A DNA stretch of 64,000 nucleotides, taken from Bythopirellula sp. (lineage in GTDB: Bacteria > Planctomycetota > Planctomycetia > Pirellulales > Lacipirellulaceae). Positions 50,329-59,539 of this stretch are shown piece by piece; the stretch's first letter is position 1, and each line of letters begins with the position of its first letter. The stretch is taken from contig JBGSPU010000102.1 of NCBI GenBank assembly GCA_041738415.1, forward strand, positions 474-64,473. The letters run 5' to 3'. A program made the translations under genes and the position numbers. The notes beneath the pieces are model-generated. The model had not been told where the DNA came from and did no database searches. It saw only the letters and a list, made by a program, of their open reading frames with translations.

Positions 50329-51162
50329 ATGAATTGCCCGTTGTGTTATTCGGAATCGAAATGGGCATTTAAAGTGAAGGGCTATAATTTGCTTGATTGT
50401 GTAGAGTGTGGACATCGATTCGTAGAACTACAAGCGGATGAATCTCACGTTGCCACGGTCTACGACGATCCCTATTTCACAGGAGGTGGCGCAGGTTACT
50501 CGGATTACTTGATTGAAGCGAAGATGCTCAGACAACGTGGGGCGATGTACGCGAAAAAACTGCGGCGATACACCTCAATCCCAGGGAAATGTTTGGACGT
50601 TGGGGCAGCCGCAGGTTGTATCTTGCAGGGATTTGTTGATGCAGGTTGGCGAGGGGTCGGGCTAGAGCCAAACGAAAACATGGCCCAGTCGGGACGTGAA
50701 TTATTCGGCTTGGACATTCGGCAAGGATCTCTGGAGTGCTTTCAAACGGATGAGAAATTCGACTTGATTGTGATGATTCAAGTAGTCGCACACCTTTATG
50801 ACCCTCGTAGGGCGTTTGAAAAGGTTGCAGGACTACTGGAAGAAGGGGGGCAATTACTCATCGAAACTTGGAATCGCGACTCTTTGTACGCGAAACTTTT
50901 GGGAAAGTATTGGCACGAATACTCGCCGCCGAGCGTTTTGAATTTCTTTTCATTGCGTGGTTTAACTAAGTTCTTGGAGAATTTCGACTTGGAGAAAATC
51001 GCCCATGGGCGACCTGCCAAAAAGATTAGCGGTACCAACGCAAAATCGCTATTGCGTTATCGCATCGGAGATTGGTTCTTCCTGAATTTTATCCCCGGAC
51101 AGCTACACATTCCCTATCCCTCGGAAGATTTATTTTGGGCCTTGTACCAACGCAATAATTGA
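50329..51162 (+). CDS. Class I SAM-dependent methyltransferase with N-terminal CxxC..CxxC
   Basis: CPLC/CVEC, CLDVGAAAG, GLEPN and FDLIVMIQVVAH motifs. Confidence 0.85.
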   Translation: MNCPLCYSESKWAFKVKGYNLLDCVECGHRFVELQADESHVATVYDDPYFTGGGAGYSDYLIEAKMLRQRGAMYAKKLRRYTSIPGKCLDVGAAAGCILQGFVDAGWRGVGLEPNENMAQSGRELFGLDIRQGSLECFQTDEKFDLIVMIQVVAHLYDPRRAFEKVAGLLEEGGQLLIETWNRDSLYAKLLGKYWHEYSPPSVLNFFSLRGLTKFLENFDLEKIAHGRPAKKISGTNAKSLLRYRIGDWFFLNFIPGQLHIPYPSEDLFWALYQRNN

Positions 51163-51210
51163 AAAGGGCTTCGGGCCAAGTCACTCTGATGTATACTCGC
51201 AAGCACGAAG

Positions 51211-51993
51211 TCAAATCATCATCGCCGTAAACCCGCCATCGACATAGATCGCCGAACCAGTGATGAAACTGCCTGCCGTGGGCGAGAGCAACAAAAGTGC
51301 CGCGCCGATTAATTCCTCAGGCAAGCCAAAACGATTCATCGGAGTGTGTCGCATGATGCTCTCGATCCGCTCGGGACTGAGGATCTTGCGGTTCTGTTCA
51401 GCCGGGAAGAAGCCGGGGCAAAGGCAATTGATTCTCACATTTTGGGGCGCGAATTCCCGTGCTGTGTTTTGGGTGAGATTAAGAATGGCGGCCTTGGTGG
51501 CGGCGTAGATGTAGACACGCGACAAGGGAAGAAAACAGGTAACGCTGCCGATGTTGAGAATGGATCCCCCCCCTTGCTTGACCATTTGAGGAATAAACGT
51601 CTGGCAAGCTAGATGCGTCCCCACAAAGTTCGCGTCAAAAATGCCGTGCAGTTCTTCGTCGGTGATTTCCAGATAAGGAGTTGCAGAATTGACCCCCGTG
51701 CCGTTCACTAACGAATCGACACGGCCATGCTCGCTAACCACAATATCAAGCAGTTTTTGCAGAGACTCGCGTGAGGTGGCATCCACAGCAGTGAACGTTG
51801 CCTTGCCACCGAGTTTCTCAATCGCCTTGACGCGATCTTTGCCACGTTCTTCGCTACGGCCTGCCACGACGACGTGGGCCCCCGCTTGAGCTAATCCATC
51901 GCACAGAGCGCCCCCCAGCACTCCCGTGCCGCCGATCACGACGCAGACTTGCCCGTCGAAGCCAAACTGTTTCTGCAAGTACTCGGAGGTCAT
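51211..51993 (-). CDS. SDR-family oxidoreductase (sugar-acid dehydrogenase-like)
   Basis: IGGTGVLG, NIGS, YAATK catalytic motif, GFFPAEQN and VDGGF. Confidence 0.9.
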   Translation of the reverse strand: MTSEYLQKQFGFDGQVCVVIGGTGVLGGALCDGLAQAGAHVVVAGRSEERGKDRVKAIEKLGGKATFTAVDATSRESLQKLLDIVVSEHGRVDSLVNGTGVNSATPYLEITDEELHGIFDANFVGTHLACQTFIPQMVKQGGGSILNIGSVTCFLPLSRVYIYAATKAAILNLTQNTAREFAPQNVRINCLCPGFFPAEQNRKILSPERIESIMRHTPMNRFGLPEELIGAALLLLSPTAGSFITGSAIYVDGGFTAMMI

Positions 51994-52080
51994 TCAACGC
52001 TCATGATTGGAGGTGGCAAGTGGATTAGGAGGCGAGCCGGATAAGTTAGCTTCCGGAATTGTTCCTATGGGGATTCATCA

Positions 52081-53520
52081 TTATTTTTTCGGTGTCTTCC
52101 TCAATTGAATCCACTCGGCGTGGAAGGTACCCGGTTTGTCGAGTCGTTCAAAGGTGTGCGCACCAAAATAATCTCGCTGGGCCTGGAGCAGATTTGCCGG
52201 CAAGCGTTCGCGGCGGTATCCGTCGTAGTAGGCCAAAGCTGCCGAGAAAGCTGGGGTGGGAATTCCAAACTGGGCGGCAGAAGCCACCACATGCCGCCAG
52301 CCATTTTGGGATCGGTTGACTGCTTCTTGGAAGTAGGGGGCCAGAAGTAGATTCTCCAACTTCGGATCAGCGTCAAAAGCTTCTTTGATACGATCAAGAA
52401 ACACGGCACGAATGATGCAACCACCTCGCCACAACATTGCGCATTCGCCAAAATTTAACGGCCAGTTGTGCTCCTCCGCCGCAGCCTGCAATTGCACAAA
52501 CCCTTGGGCGTAGCTGCAAATCTTTGAGGCGTAGAGGGCATCGCGAATTGGCTCGATGAACTTGGCCTTATCGCCAGGGTACTTCGGTTCTGGACCCGTG
52601 AGTACTTTGCTCGCTCTTACTCGCGATTCCTTCAATGCCGAAAGGGAGCGGGCGTAGACGGCTTCAGTCACGAGGGTGCTCGGCACGCCAAGATCCAGAG
52701 CCAATTGGCTCATCCATTTGCCGGTCCCTTTGGCACCCGCGCGGTCCATGATCTTGTCTACCAAATAGCCACCGCCATCATCTTTCACGCTAAAGATATC
52801 TCGCGTAATCTCAATCAGATAGCTGTTAAGTTCACCTTGGTTCCAATTTTCAAATACGTCGTACAATTCGTCATTGGTGAGACCCAAGGCCTCGGTCAGA
52901 AGGAAGTAGGCTTCACAAATCATCTGCATGTCGCCGTACTCGATACCATTGTGAACCATCTTTACGTAATGGCCGGCACCACGAGGACCAACCCATTCGC
53001 AGCAGGGAATATCATTGTTGGGGCCAACTTTTGCCGAAATAGCCTGGAAAATCGGTTTCAAATGCGGCCAAGCGGCTTCGCTACCACCCGGCATCATGCT
53101 GGGACCCAAGAGTGCCCCTTCTTCACCCCCAGAGACTCCGGTACCACAATAGAGCAATCCTATGCTTTCGACCCGCTTCGTACGGCGTTCTGTGTCGGCG
53201 TAAAAAGTGTTGCCGCCATCGATAAGAATATCCCCCGGCGAGAGCAGTGGGATGAGGCTCTCGATCAGATCGTCGACCGCGGGCCCCGCCTTGACCATCA
53301 TCATCACTTTACGGGGAGCCTTGAGCGATTTGACCAATTCTTCCAGGCTGTGACAGCCAACAAATTGCTTGTCCTTGGCCCGGCCTGTCATGAGATCGTC
53401 AACCTTTGAGGTAGTCCGGTTGAAAACGGCCACGCGATATCCCCGGCTTTCGACGTTGAGCGCCAGATTCTCACCCATCACGGCGAGACCAATAAGTCCG
53501 AAATCACATAGTTCTGCCAT
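52081..53520 (-). CDS. gnd: 6-phosphogluconate dehydrogenase, decarboxylating
   Basis: GLAVMG, VSGGEEGA, VKMVHNGIEYGDMQ, KGTGKW and QAQRDYFGAHTF motifs. Confidence 0.98.
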   Translation of the reverse strand: MAELCDFGLIGLAVMGENLALNVESRGYRVAVFNRTTSKVDDLMTGRAKDKQFVGCHSLEELVKSLKAPRKVMMMVKAGPAVDDLIESLIPLLSPGDILIDGGNTFYADTERRTKRVESIGLLYCGTGVSGGEEGALLGPSMMPGGSEAAWPHLKPIFQAISAKVGPNNDIPCCEWVGPRGAGHYVKMVHNGIEYGDMQMICEAYFLLTEALGLTNDELYDVFENWNQGELNSYLIEITRDIFSVKDDGGGYLVDKIMDRAGAKGTGKWMSQLALDLGVPSTLVTEAVYARSLSALKESRVRASKVLTGPEPKYPGDKAKFIEPIRDALYASKICSYAQGFVQLQAAAEEHNWPLNFGECAMLWRGGCIIRAVFLDRIKEAFDADPKLENLLLAPYFQEAVNRSQNGWRHVVASAAQFGIPTPAFSAALAYYDGYRRERLPANLLQAQRDYFGAHTFERLDKPGTFHAEWIQLRKTPKK

Positions 53521-53580
53521 AGTATTGCTAGGTCCAAACTTGAATATTATTTTGTTGTTTGTTTATGGAATCACGTTTCG

Positions 53581-54450
53581 TTATTTCGCATCCACCGGCC
53601 AAGGCGGTGTAGCGGGGAGGTACTCATTAAACTTATCAACGAGTTGCTGTTGATAGTCGCCGGCAAAAGTACCTGAAAAAAAGCGGTCGATGCCTTCGTC
53701 CAAAAGTCGCTTCCAACTAGCCTCTTCCTGCCCGGGGTTGATGGGAAAGAATAGGCAATTGTTAGCCACGGCTGCCTGATGGTCGCCCGGGGCGTCGCCG
53801 ATCATCAGTGCCTTACCAGGATCGTATTTCCCTGCGACGGAGAGTGTTTCTTTTTTTGTGCCAGATTCCTGACCACAGATCGCTCGCACATAGTCGGCAA
53901 CACCATGCTCCTGCCACTCGGCTTCCAAAGCTGCATTGGGAGTGGCAGAAACAACAAGCATGTCCGACCTCTCCCCCAGGTGTTCCAGGCATTTCTTCAC
54001 ATTGGGAAATGGTGGCACACCCCGCACCATGTCGGCCACCGCCTCATTCACCGCCCGTGACCATTCCAGCGCCTTCATCAGATCGGGGTCCCCCGTGGCT
54101 TCAGTGGCCTTCTCCAACGCGGGGTTTCCCAGCTTAGATTCCTGTTCGATCCAGTTGATCAAACCCGCCGGACGAGGGATCTTCACGCCGCGGGCCTTCA
54201 CCTCGGGGCGCCGCCGTAGCCAATCGAGTTGCTCCACCAAAGCCGGGAAACGATTCACCCCCCGACTTTTAGAGTACAGATTCACAAACTCGGCTGCCTC
54301 ACGGGCATACTTGCTCACGCCTTGCAGGTCGTAGTAGTTGATGAATGCCGGGATGAAGCATTCCTTATGCTTCAATTCCATTGTGTCGAATACGCAACCA
54401 TCGGAATCTATGCCGACGAGGAACTCATGCTTCGGTGTAAAGTCTTTCAT
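53581..54450 (-). CDS. HAD-superfamily phosphatase
   Basis: Motif I DSDGCVFD, motif II VVSAT, motif IV MIGDAPGD. Confidence 0.88.
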   Translation of the reverse strand: MKDFTPKHEFLVGIDSDGCVFDTMELKHKECFIPAFINYYDLQGVSKYAREAAEFVNLYSKSRGVNRFPALVEQLDWLRRRPEVKARGVKIPRPAGLINWIEQESKLGNPALEKATEATGDPDLMKALEWSRAVNEAVADMVRGVPPFPNVKKCLEHLGERSDMLVVSATPNAALEAEWQEHGVADYVRAICGQESGTKKETLSVAGKYDPGKALMIGDAPGDHQAAVANNCLFFPINPGQEEASWKRLLDEGIDRFFSGTFAGDYQQQLVDKFNEYLPATPPWPVDAK

Positions 54451-54492
54451 ACTTGCCTTCGTATCCTGTTCTATCGAGGACGTGCGTCGATG

Positions 54493-55803
54493 TTACGCTG
54501 GAGCCTTACTGCGGTCTGCTTGAGGGACATACCTGCCAAGTTTCTGCTCGGCGTACAACGGCTTCAGCCGTGCCAACCGTTGCCGACCGTTTTCCATCGG
54601 GAGACTTACCATCGAATCCCCCACCAGCGGCTTACAGTACGAGACAAACTCATCGGAGACATCGAGTCCACTGGCCGAAATCCACTTGGCGGGAAAGGTC
54701 CGCTCGCTGTTCGCAACGTCGGGCAAGGGAACCTTATCGTAGGTCACACTATAGGGGGAACCGGGTTTACGCAGAATCGTGGACATGAAGCCACTCTCCC
54801 CCGCAGCGGCTAGTTGCAAGGCCTTCACGCCGACTTCATAGGCTTCGTCCAAATCGACCAAAGAAGCGTAACCGATGGAATTCCGCTGGTCGGTGCCCGA
54901 CACATTGCAGCGGGCAGCACCCTTGGTTGCCAGGCCCTTCGAGTTGAGATAGTTGACGATGAGTTGTGCCACGGTGAGTTGGCTGGCACCGAAAGACGTG
55001 TGGCCAAAGGAATCCTTAACCTCGCCCAAGTCCCCCAAGTCGAGTCCTTCGCTCACAACCAGTATCACTCGCCCATCACGTTTGAGTTGGTCATTTACAT
55101 TGTCGGCAACCTGCTCAAGGGAAATCTTTCGCTCTGCGAGATAAATTTGCAATGGCATCTCGCGATTTGGATCAGCGAGTCGTGCAGCGGCTGGGATAAA
55201 CCCGATCTTACGGCCCATCGCCTGCAACACCAACACAGGATCAGCCGGCGAAGAGCCCGCGTTCTCTTCATTGGCATTCTGTACCATGTGCATCCAATAT
55301 TTGGCACACGAGCCATAACCGGGCGTGTGATCGATGAGTTTGAATTCGCTGTCGCCGACGTCATTGTCGATGGTTTTGGGAACACCGATACCGACCAGAT
55401 CCAGTCCGCGCTCTTGGCCGAGCGCCGCAACCTTGTTGGCCGTGTCCATTGAATCGTTGCCACCGATGTAGAGGAAGTAGCCAATGTCATGGGCCTTGAA
55501 AATGTCGATGACTCGGTCAAAATCTTCATTCTGCCAACTCTTTAATTTATAGCGGCAGGTACCGATCGAACCTGCGGCAGGGGTAAACCGAAGCAGGGCG
55601 ATTTCTTCCGGCGACTGGGCCGAGAGATCGATGAGTTTTTCTTTCAGAACTCCTTCGATTCCGTGATGCCCCCCATAGATTGAACCGATCACGGACGAAT
55701 CTCGGGCCGCTTCAACGATGCCTCTCAGAGTGCTATTAATCACACAACTCGGTCCACCACTTTGGGCGACGAGCATATTTCTTGAACGACCCATATTTTT
55801 CAA
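54493..55803 (-). CDS. Second phosphofructokinase-family protein, PPi-type residues
   Basis: QSGGPSCVIN, GGNDSMDT, PKTIDND, TPGYGS and MGRKIG motifs. Confidence 0.88.
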   Translation of the reverse strand: MKNMGRSRNMLVAQSGGPSCVINSTLRGIVEAARDSSVIGSIYGGHHGIEGVLKEKLIDLSAQSPEEIALLRFTPAAGSIGTCRYKLKSWQNEDFDRVIDIFKAHDIGYFLYIGGNDSMDTANKVAALGQERGLDLVGIGVPKTIDNDVGDSEFKLIDHTPGYGSCAKYWMHMVQNANEENAGSSPADPVLVLQAMGRKIGFIPAAARLADPNREMPLQIYLAERKISLEQVADNVNDQLKRDGRVILVVSEGLDLGDLGEVKDSFGHTSFGASQLTVAQLIVNYLNSKGLATKGAARCNVSGTDQRNSIGYASLVDLDEAYEVGVKALQLAAAGESGFMSTILRKPGSPYSVTYDKVPLPDVANSERTFPAKWISASGLDVSDEFVSYCKPLVGDSMVSLPMENGRQRLARLKPLYAEQKLGRYVPQADRSKAPA

Positions 55804-55978
55804 CTCAGCAATTTCTTCTCAAAAAATCACTTTTAAGCGGAATTCCACTTGAAAGAGACAGCCTGATGCCTGGGGCAACTAGAACTTGAATCTCGCATTG
55901 TAGCGACAGCTATGCGAGCCAACAATCGGCGCGCTTTTGCAAAAAGTGAGCGAAATAATACTGAAAATGCGAAATTCG

Positions 55979-57796
55979 CTACTGATAAATCGGCAGAGCT
56001 AAGACGCGTTGTTCGATTCTTTGCAATTCGGTATTAAAGAGGGCGCCATTATCTTTAGCATATTCTGTGCGGAGTTTGTCCCCCGGCAAGTCTTCGGCTA
56101 AATCGTCGATTTCTGGAAAATAGCGATTGACCGTAAATCCCACGGTAACTTGCTCGACATCGATTTTCCCCGCCAGAATCTGCTCAGCGAAGATTATTCC
56201 CGCCCGATTGGCCGCCATGTCAACGAAACTGAAGCCGGTGCCGCCGTTAGCGTCGAGTACTTCTTTTGCCAACCCGACGCCACGCGCGTTTGCGCCTCCC
56301 AGAGCAACTGCCAGATGTGCTGAGACAAAAAAGTGCTTTGCCAAGTCGGCGCGTCTCCGCATGGTTGGATTGCCGAGCATAAGTCGGCGATCTTCTCTTT
56401 GCTGGTCTGTTTCTACCTGCGAAACCAATCCACTGGTAAGAGGAAAAGAGCTTAGAGTACCCTCGGTATCCATAAAGATTCCCAAGGCAAGAACCATTGC
56501 CTCGGTCGCTTCGTGGGATTTGAACTCACTTGCCACTGCCGCGGCTTCACGGACATAGCGGGCCGTGAGATCGTCGCCAGTCAAATTGTCCACCACCTGA
56601 TCCGCCCCCCCAGCAGCGTTCTTCTCTGCTCGCGCTTTTTCTAGCTTCGCCATCTGAGTGAGGAAGCGCAGCACTTCTTTTACCTCTTGAATCAATCGAG
56701 GAGAATTGGCCGATGCCACTAACTGCTTATACTGTGCCGCGGCAGGGTCGTTGGGGAGTGCCTCGGCCAGCACTTCATAGATTTCGATCATCCTCTGTTT
56801 GGTGGGCAGCGAGATATCGGCAAAGCTTGTGACATCCCCCTGGCGCAACTCATCGGTCAGCAGCGACATCAATAAAGCGTTCACCGGATCAAACTGAATT
56901 CTTCCTCCGAAGGATGCAGGCTGTCGCACGTCGAACACAGGTCGCATGACACTATTGGGCTCGGGACTGTGGGTCGCCCCTAAAAAATGCCCCAGTTCGT
57001 GTACCAAGAGTTCGAGCCGATGAGACTCTCGCACATTGCGGGCTCGCTCTTTGAGCAGTATGTAGGGATACAAGGTACCACGACTGCCTCCCATATGGGT
57101 TCGTCCCATGCTGACCTCATATTGGCTGCTGAATCCGATCACTAGCCGGGCCGGTTTCGTGGAGACCTCGCGTTCGAATTCCCGCATCGACTGATAGAAA
57201 TCATGAATCGCATTGTTCGAGTTCCAAGTCTCGACGGCAACCACCTCCAGTTGTACGCCACAATTCTGCACCAGGATTTGCGATGCCGCCGCAATTCGTT
57301 CCCTTAGTCGGGGTTCCCAAATAGAACGATGCGTAGGTTCATCTTCGTCAACCGCCAATTTGACAGGAATCTTTACCAAACCATGTTTCTCAACGGCAAT
57401 CGACTCTCTTGAGGCCCGATTCGAGGGCTCAAGATCGCTCTTTCCTAAGCCAATTTTCTCAAGTGACAGAGAGTTTCGACTTAGTTCGCGTTTGAAAAAA
57501 TAGGCGCTGTCAGGATGAAGTTCAAAGGTCTGAAATGTCAAATCTTGGCCAAATCGCACATTGAGGCTGCGACTGAAGAACACTGGGCGTGAGTCGCCGG
57601 GGGAGATCGTCAGAGATCGCTTGGGTTCCCCGAGAGGGTGAAATTCAATGGTAACACCCGCCTGAGTTCGATTCGAGAGCACCGCCACCTCTGCGCGGAT
57701 CGGCAGGCTTGCCTGACAAAGAAAGAGAAGGCTAAGGCTTATGACCAGCCGACGCCGGATTGTAGGAATACAAGGAGTGGGCACGGAGATCACCAA
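55979..57796 (-). CDS. Exported zinc metalloprotease-like protein with C-terminal helical domain
   Basis: Signal peptide; HELGHFLGATH (HExxHxxGxxH) followed by SVM Met-turn; C-terminal DLAKHFFVSA...GFSFVDMAANRAG. Confidence 0.75.
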   Translation of the reverse strand: MVISVPTPCIPTIRRRLVISLSLLFLCQASLPIRAEVAVLSNRTQAGVTIEFHPLGEPKRSLTISPGDSRPVFFSRSLNVRFGQDLTFQTFELHPDSAYFFKRELSRNSLSLEKIGLGKSDLEPSNRASRESIAVEKHGLVKIPVKLAVDEDEPTHRSIWEPRLRERIAAASQILVQNCGVQLEVVAVETWNSNNAIHDFYQSMREFEREVSTKPARLVIGFSSQYEVSMGRTHMGGSRGTLYPYILLKERARNVRESHRLELLVHELGHFLGATHSPEPNSVMRPVFDVRQPASFGGRIQFDPVNALLMSLLTDELRQGDVTSFADISLPTKQRMIEIYEVLAEALPNDPAAAQYKQLVASANSPRLIQEVKEVLRFLTQMAKLEKARAEKNAAGGADQVVDNLTGDDLTARYVREAAAVASEFKSHEATEAMVLALGIFMDTEGTLSSFPLTSGLVSQVETDQQREDRRLMLGNPTMRRRADLAKHFFVSAHLAVALGGANARGVGLAKEVLDANGGTGFSFVDMAANRAGIIFAEQILAGKIDVEQVTVGFTVNRYFPEIDDLAEDLPGDKLRTEYAKDNGALFNTELQRIEQRVLALPIYQ

Positions 57797-57867
57797 GCGG
57801 GCAGAGGAAATAAAAGACTGAGACAGCGACTTTCGCTATTCTAACCCGAATCTAAAAAAACGGCGAA

Positions 57868-58212
57868 TTATTTATCCAGAAGTTCGAGTAGTTCTTGCAT
57901 CGCCAGCATGTTTCGCTCTTGCCCGGTGGCGGTGAAAATTGACAGCAGATTCACAAGCATTCTTGCCAGCCATTGCTGGTGCGTCGCCCGAGCAAGCCAT
58001 TCCGAGGAGACGACGATAGGCCGACCAGCAGTCTGCTCGATTCGTTCTTTGGCCTCCTGGACAGTTAACACGCACCCGCCATAGAAAGGATCCACATACA
58101 TCGACTTATGAGACTCACCCACTGCGGAATCCACCTCTGCCATAAAATGGCCCGGCGAATTGATTCCATGAACAACCAGACCCACCAGTTCGGCAACACG
58201 TTTGTAGATGAG
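57868..58212 (-). pseudogene. 3' fragment of a SirB1/transglutaminase-like gene
   Basis: LIYKRVAELVGLVVHGINSPGHF...YVDPFYGG...QWLARMLVNL; the N-terminal half of the family is missing. Confidence 0.7.
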
Positions 58213-58310
58213 AGGCGCCAGCGCCATGGGCGTGTCCGGGATGACCGGACTTGGCTTCCTGAACCGCATCCATCGACAGATTGCGAATGGGTTTGATAGG
58301 CACGACGCAA
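58213..58310 (-). pseudogene. 5' fragment of transketolase (about 32 codons, one frameshift)
   Basis: IKPIRNLSMDAVQEAKSGHPG, then after a one-base shift TPMALAP; matches the transketolase N-terminal IRTLSMDAVQ.A.SGHPG.PMALAP motif. Confidence 0.75.
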
Positions 58311-58359
58311 GATTCCCATGCGAAGTCGTACGCCTCGAACCGTGCTTTTGAGTACGCGG

Positions 58360-58547
58360 TCGGATGGCGGCGACAGATGCCCGCAATGCACGTTGGCCAG
58401 TTTTGAAAGGCCGGCCGCTAACCGGAAGTGCCGCGAGACCGTCTCGCGGTGGACGCCCGACCGCCGTGCATTCGTCCGCTGCGACCAGCCTTGAGCAGAC
58501 AACGTTAGAATCACGTCGATCACTGGCATCTTGAGCTGATTCGCCAT
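58360..58547 (-). pseudogene. 5' remnant of an IS21-family IstA transposase (HTH only)
   Basis: GGAGG RBS, then MANQLKMPVIDVILTLSAQGWSQRTNARRSGVHRETVSRH...SKLA; no DDE domain and no istB. Confidence 0.7.
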
Positions 58548-58860
58548 CCCGAACCTCCCTCCACAGCACCGCCGCTGAAGGTCCAGTAGGACAAATCTTG
58601 ACGGCCAACAAAAAGCCGGTTTAGCTGGCAATGACCAACTTATTGAAGTGGATAATTCAAGCTCAGGCCGAGGAATAGGAAACACCACGCTGCGAACATG
58701 TTACATCAGGTTACCGACACGGTCGTCCGCGTGCGAAATAGCTGGGATTTGTTGCCAGGCGTCAAGGGACTTTGTAAACTAAAAGGCAGCCTGATCGCTG
58801 CAACATCTTGTTGCTGCCGACGAAAAGATCTTTTCACTCGCGAGCAATTCGGTGCATCTA

Positions 58861-59445
58861 ATGAACACTCTCTCAAAACCTGCTCAGTTATCGACGAAGG
58901 CTGCGGTCTTCGTTCTCGTCATTTCGCTGGTCGCGATTGTCCGCGCGGACGACAACACTTCTGTGCTCGATGACGCATCGCTCAAATTGATGCTGGAGAA
59001 CATGGGCCTTGAGATCGGCAAAGAATTCAAGACCGATGCAGGAGTCCCCATTTACGAAATCGTGGAAACAAACGAGAAGGGGACGTGGACCGTCATGCTT
59101 TCCCTTACCGGAGACAAAAGCTACCTGTTTGTGAGCATGTACTTGAGCAAGGTCCCCGAGGACCGAGAGATTCCGCACGAGATCGCGTTGCGGATGCTTG
59201 AGGCGAACGATAATTGGAACCATCCACGAATTGTATTCCGCAAGTGGGACCGGACCTTGCGATTGATCGAGTCGCTTTATAATCGGGATATCAAGCCGAT
59301 TCTATTACGTAAAGTCATGGTTCAAATGATCGACATGGCCAGTCAGACGTGGGATCTGTGGGATCTTACGCGCTGGCCAGTGAAGCCTGGCGAATCGCCT
59401 TCAGCGATTGAGGTTCAAGCCGCAGAAGAAACGACGAAAGAGTGA
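58861..59445 (+). CDS. Exported protein with CesT/YbjN (type III chaperone-like) fold
   Basis: Signal peptide ending VRA|DD; LKLMLENMGLE...MLSLTGDKSYL...RMLEAND...LRLIESLYNRDIKPILLR pattern recalls the YbjN/CesT alpha/beta fold. Confidence 0.6.
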   Translation: MNTLSKPAQLSTKAAVFVLVISLVAIVRADDNTSVLDDASLKLMLENMGLEIGKEFKTDAGVPIYEIVETNEKGTWTVMLSLTGDKSYLFVSMYLSKVPEDREIPHEIALRMLEANDNWNHPRIVFRKWDRTLRLIESLYNRDIKPILLRKVMVQMIDMASQTWDLWDLTRWPVKPGESPSAIEVQAAEETTKE

Positions 59446-59539
59446 GGGCGCGCGGGCTGCGTCCTATGCTTTCTGCAATCGCCTTGTGAGCAAAGTCAAT
59501 TTGGTCGCCGACAATAAACCGAAGAGCGGGAGGGTTTGC

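Noticed and set aside
57868-58688. Track ORFs 57868-58611 (247 aa) and 58065-58688 (207 aa) as intact genes
   Set aside because: Each is a chance read-through across fragments of three unrelated genes; only parts of each are family-like.
58597-58766. Imperfect inverted pair CTTGACG...CAACAA (58597 onward) and TTGTTG...CGTCAAG (to 58766) as IS21 ends
   Set aside because: The match is short and gapped, and is equally explained by two opposed TTGACG -35-like boxes or by chance.
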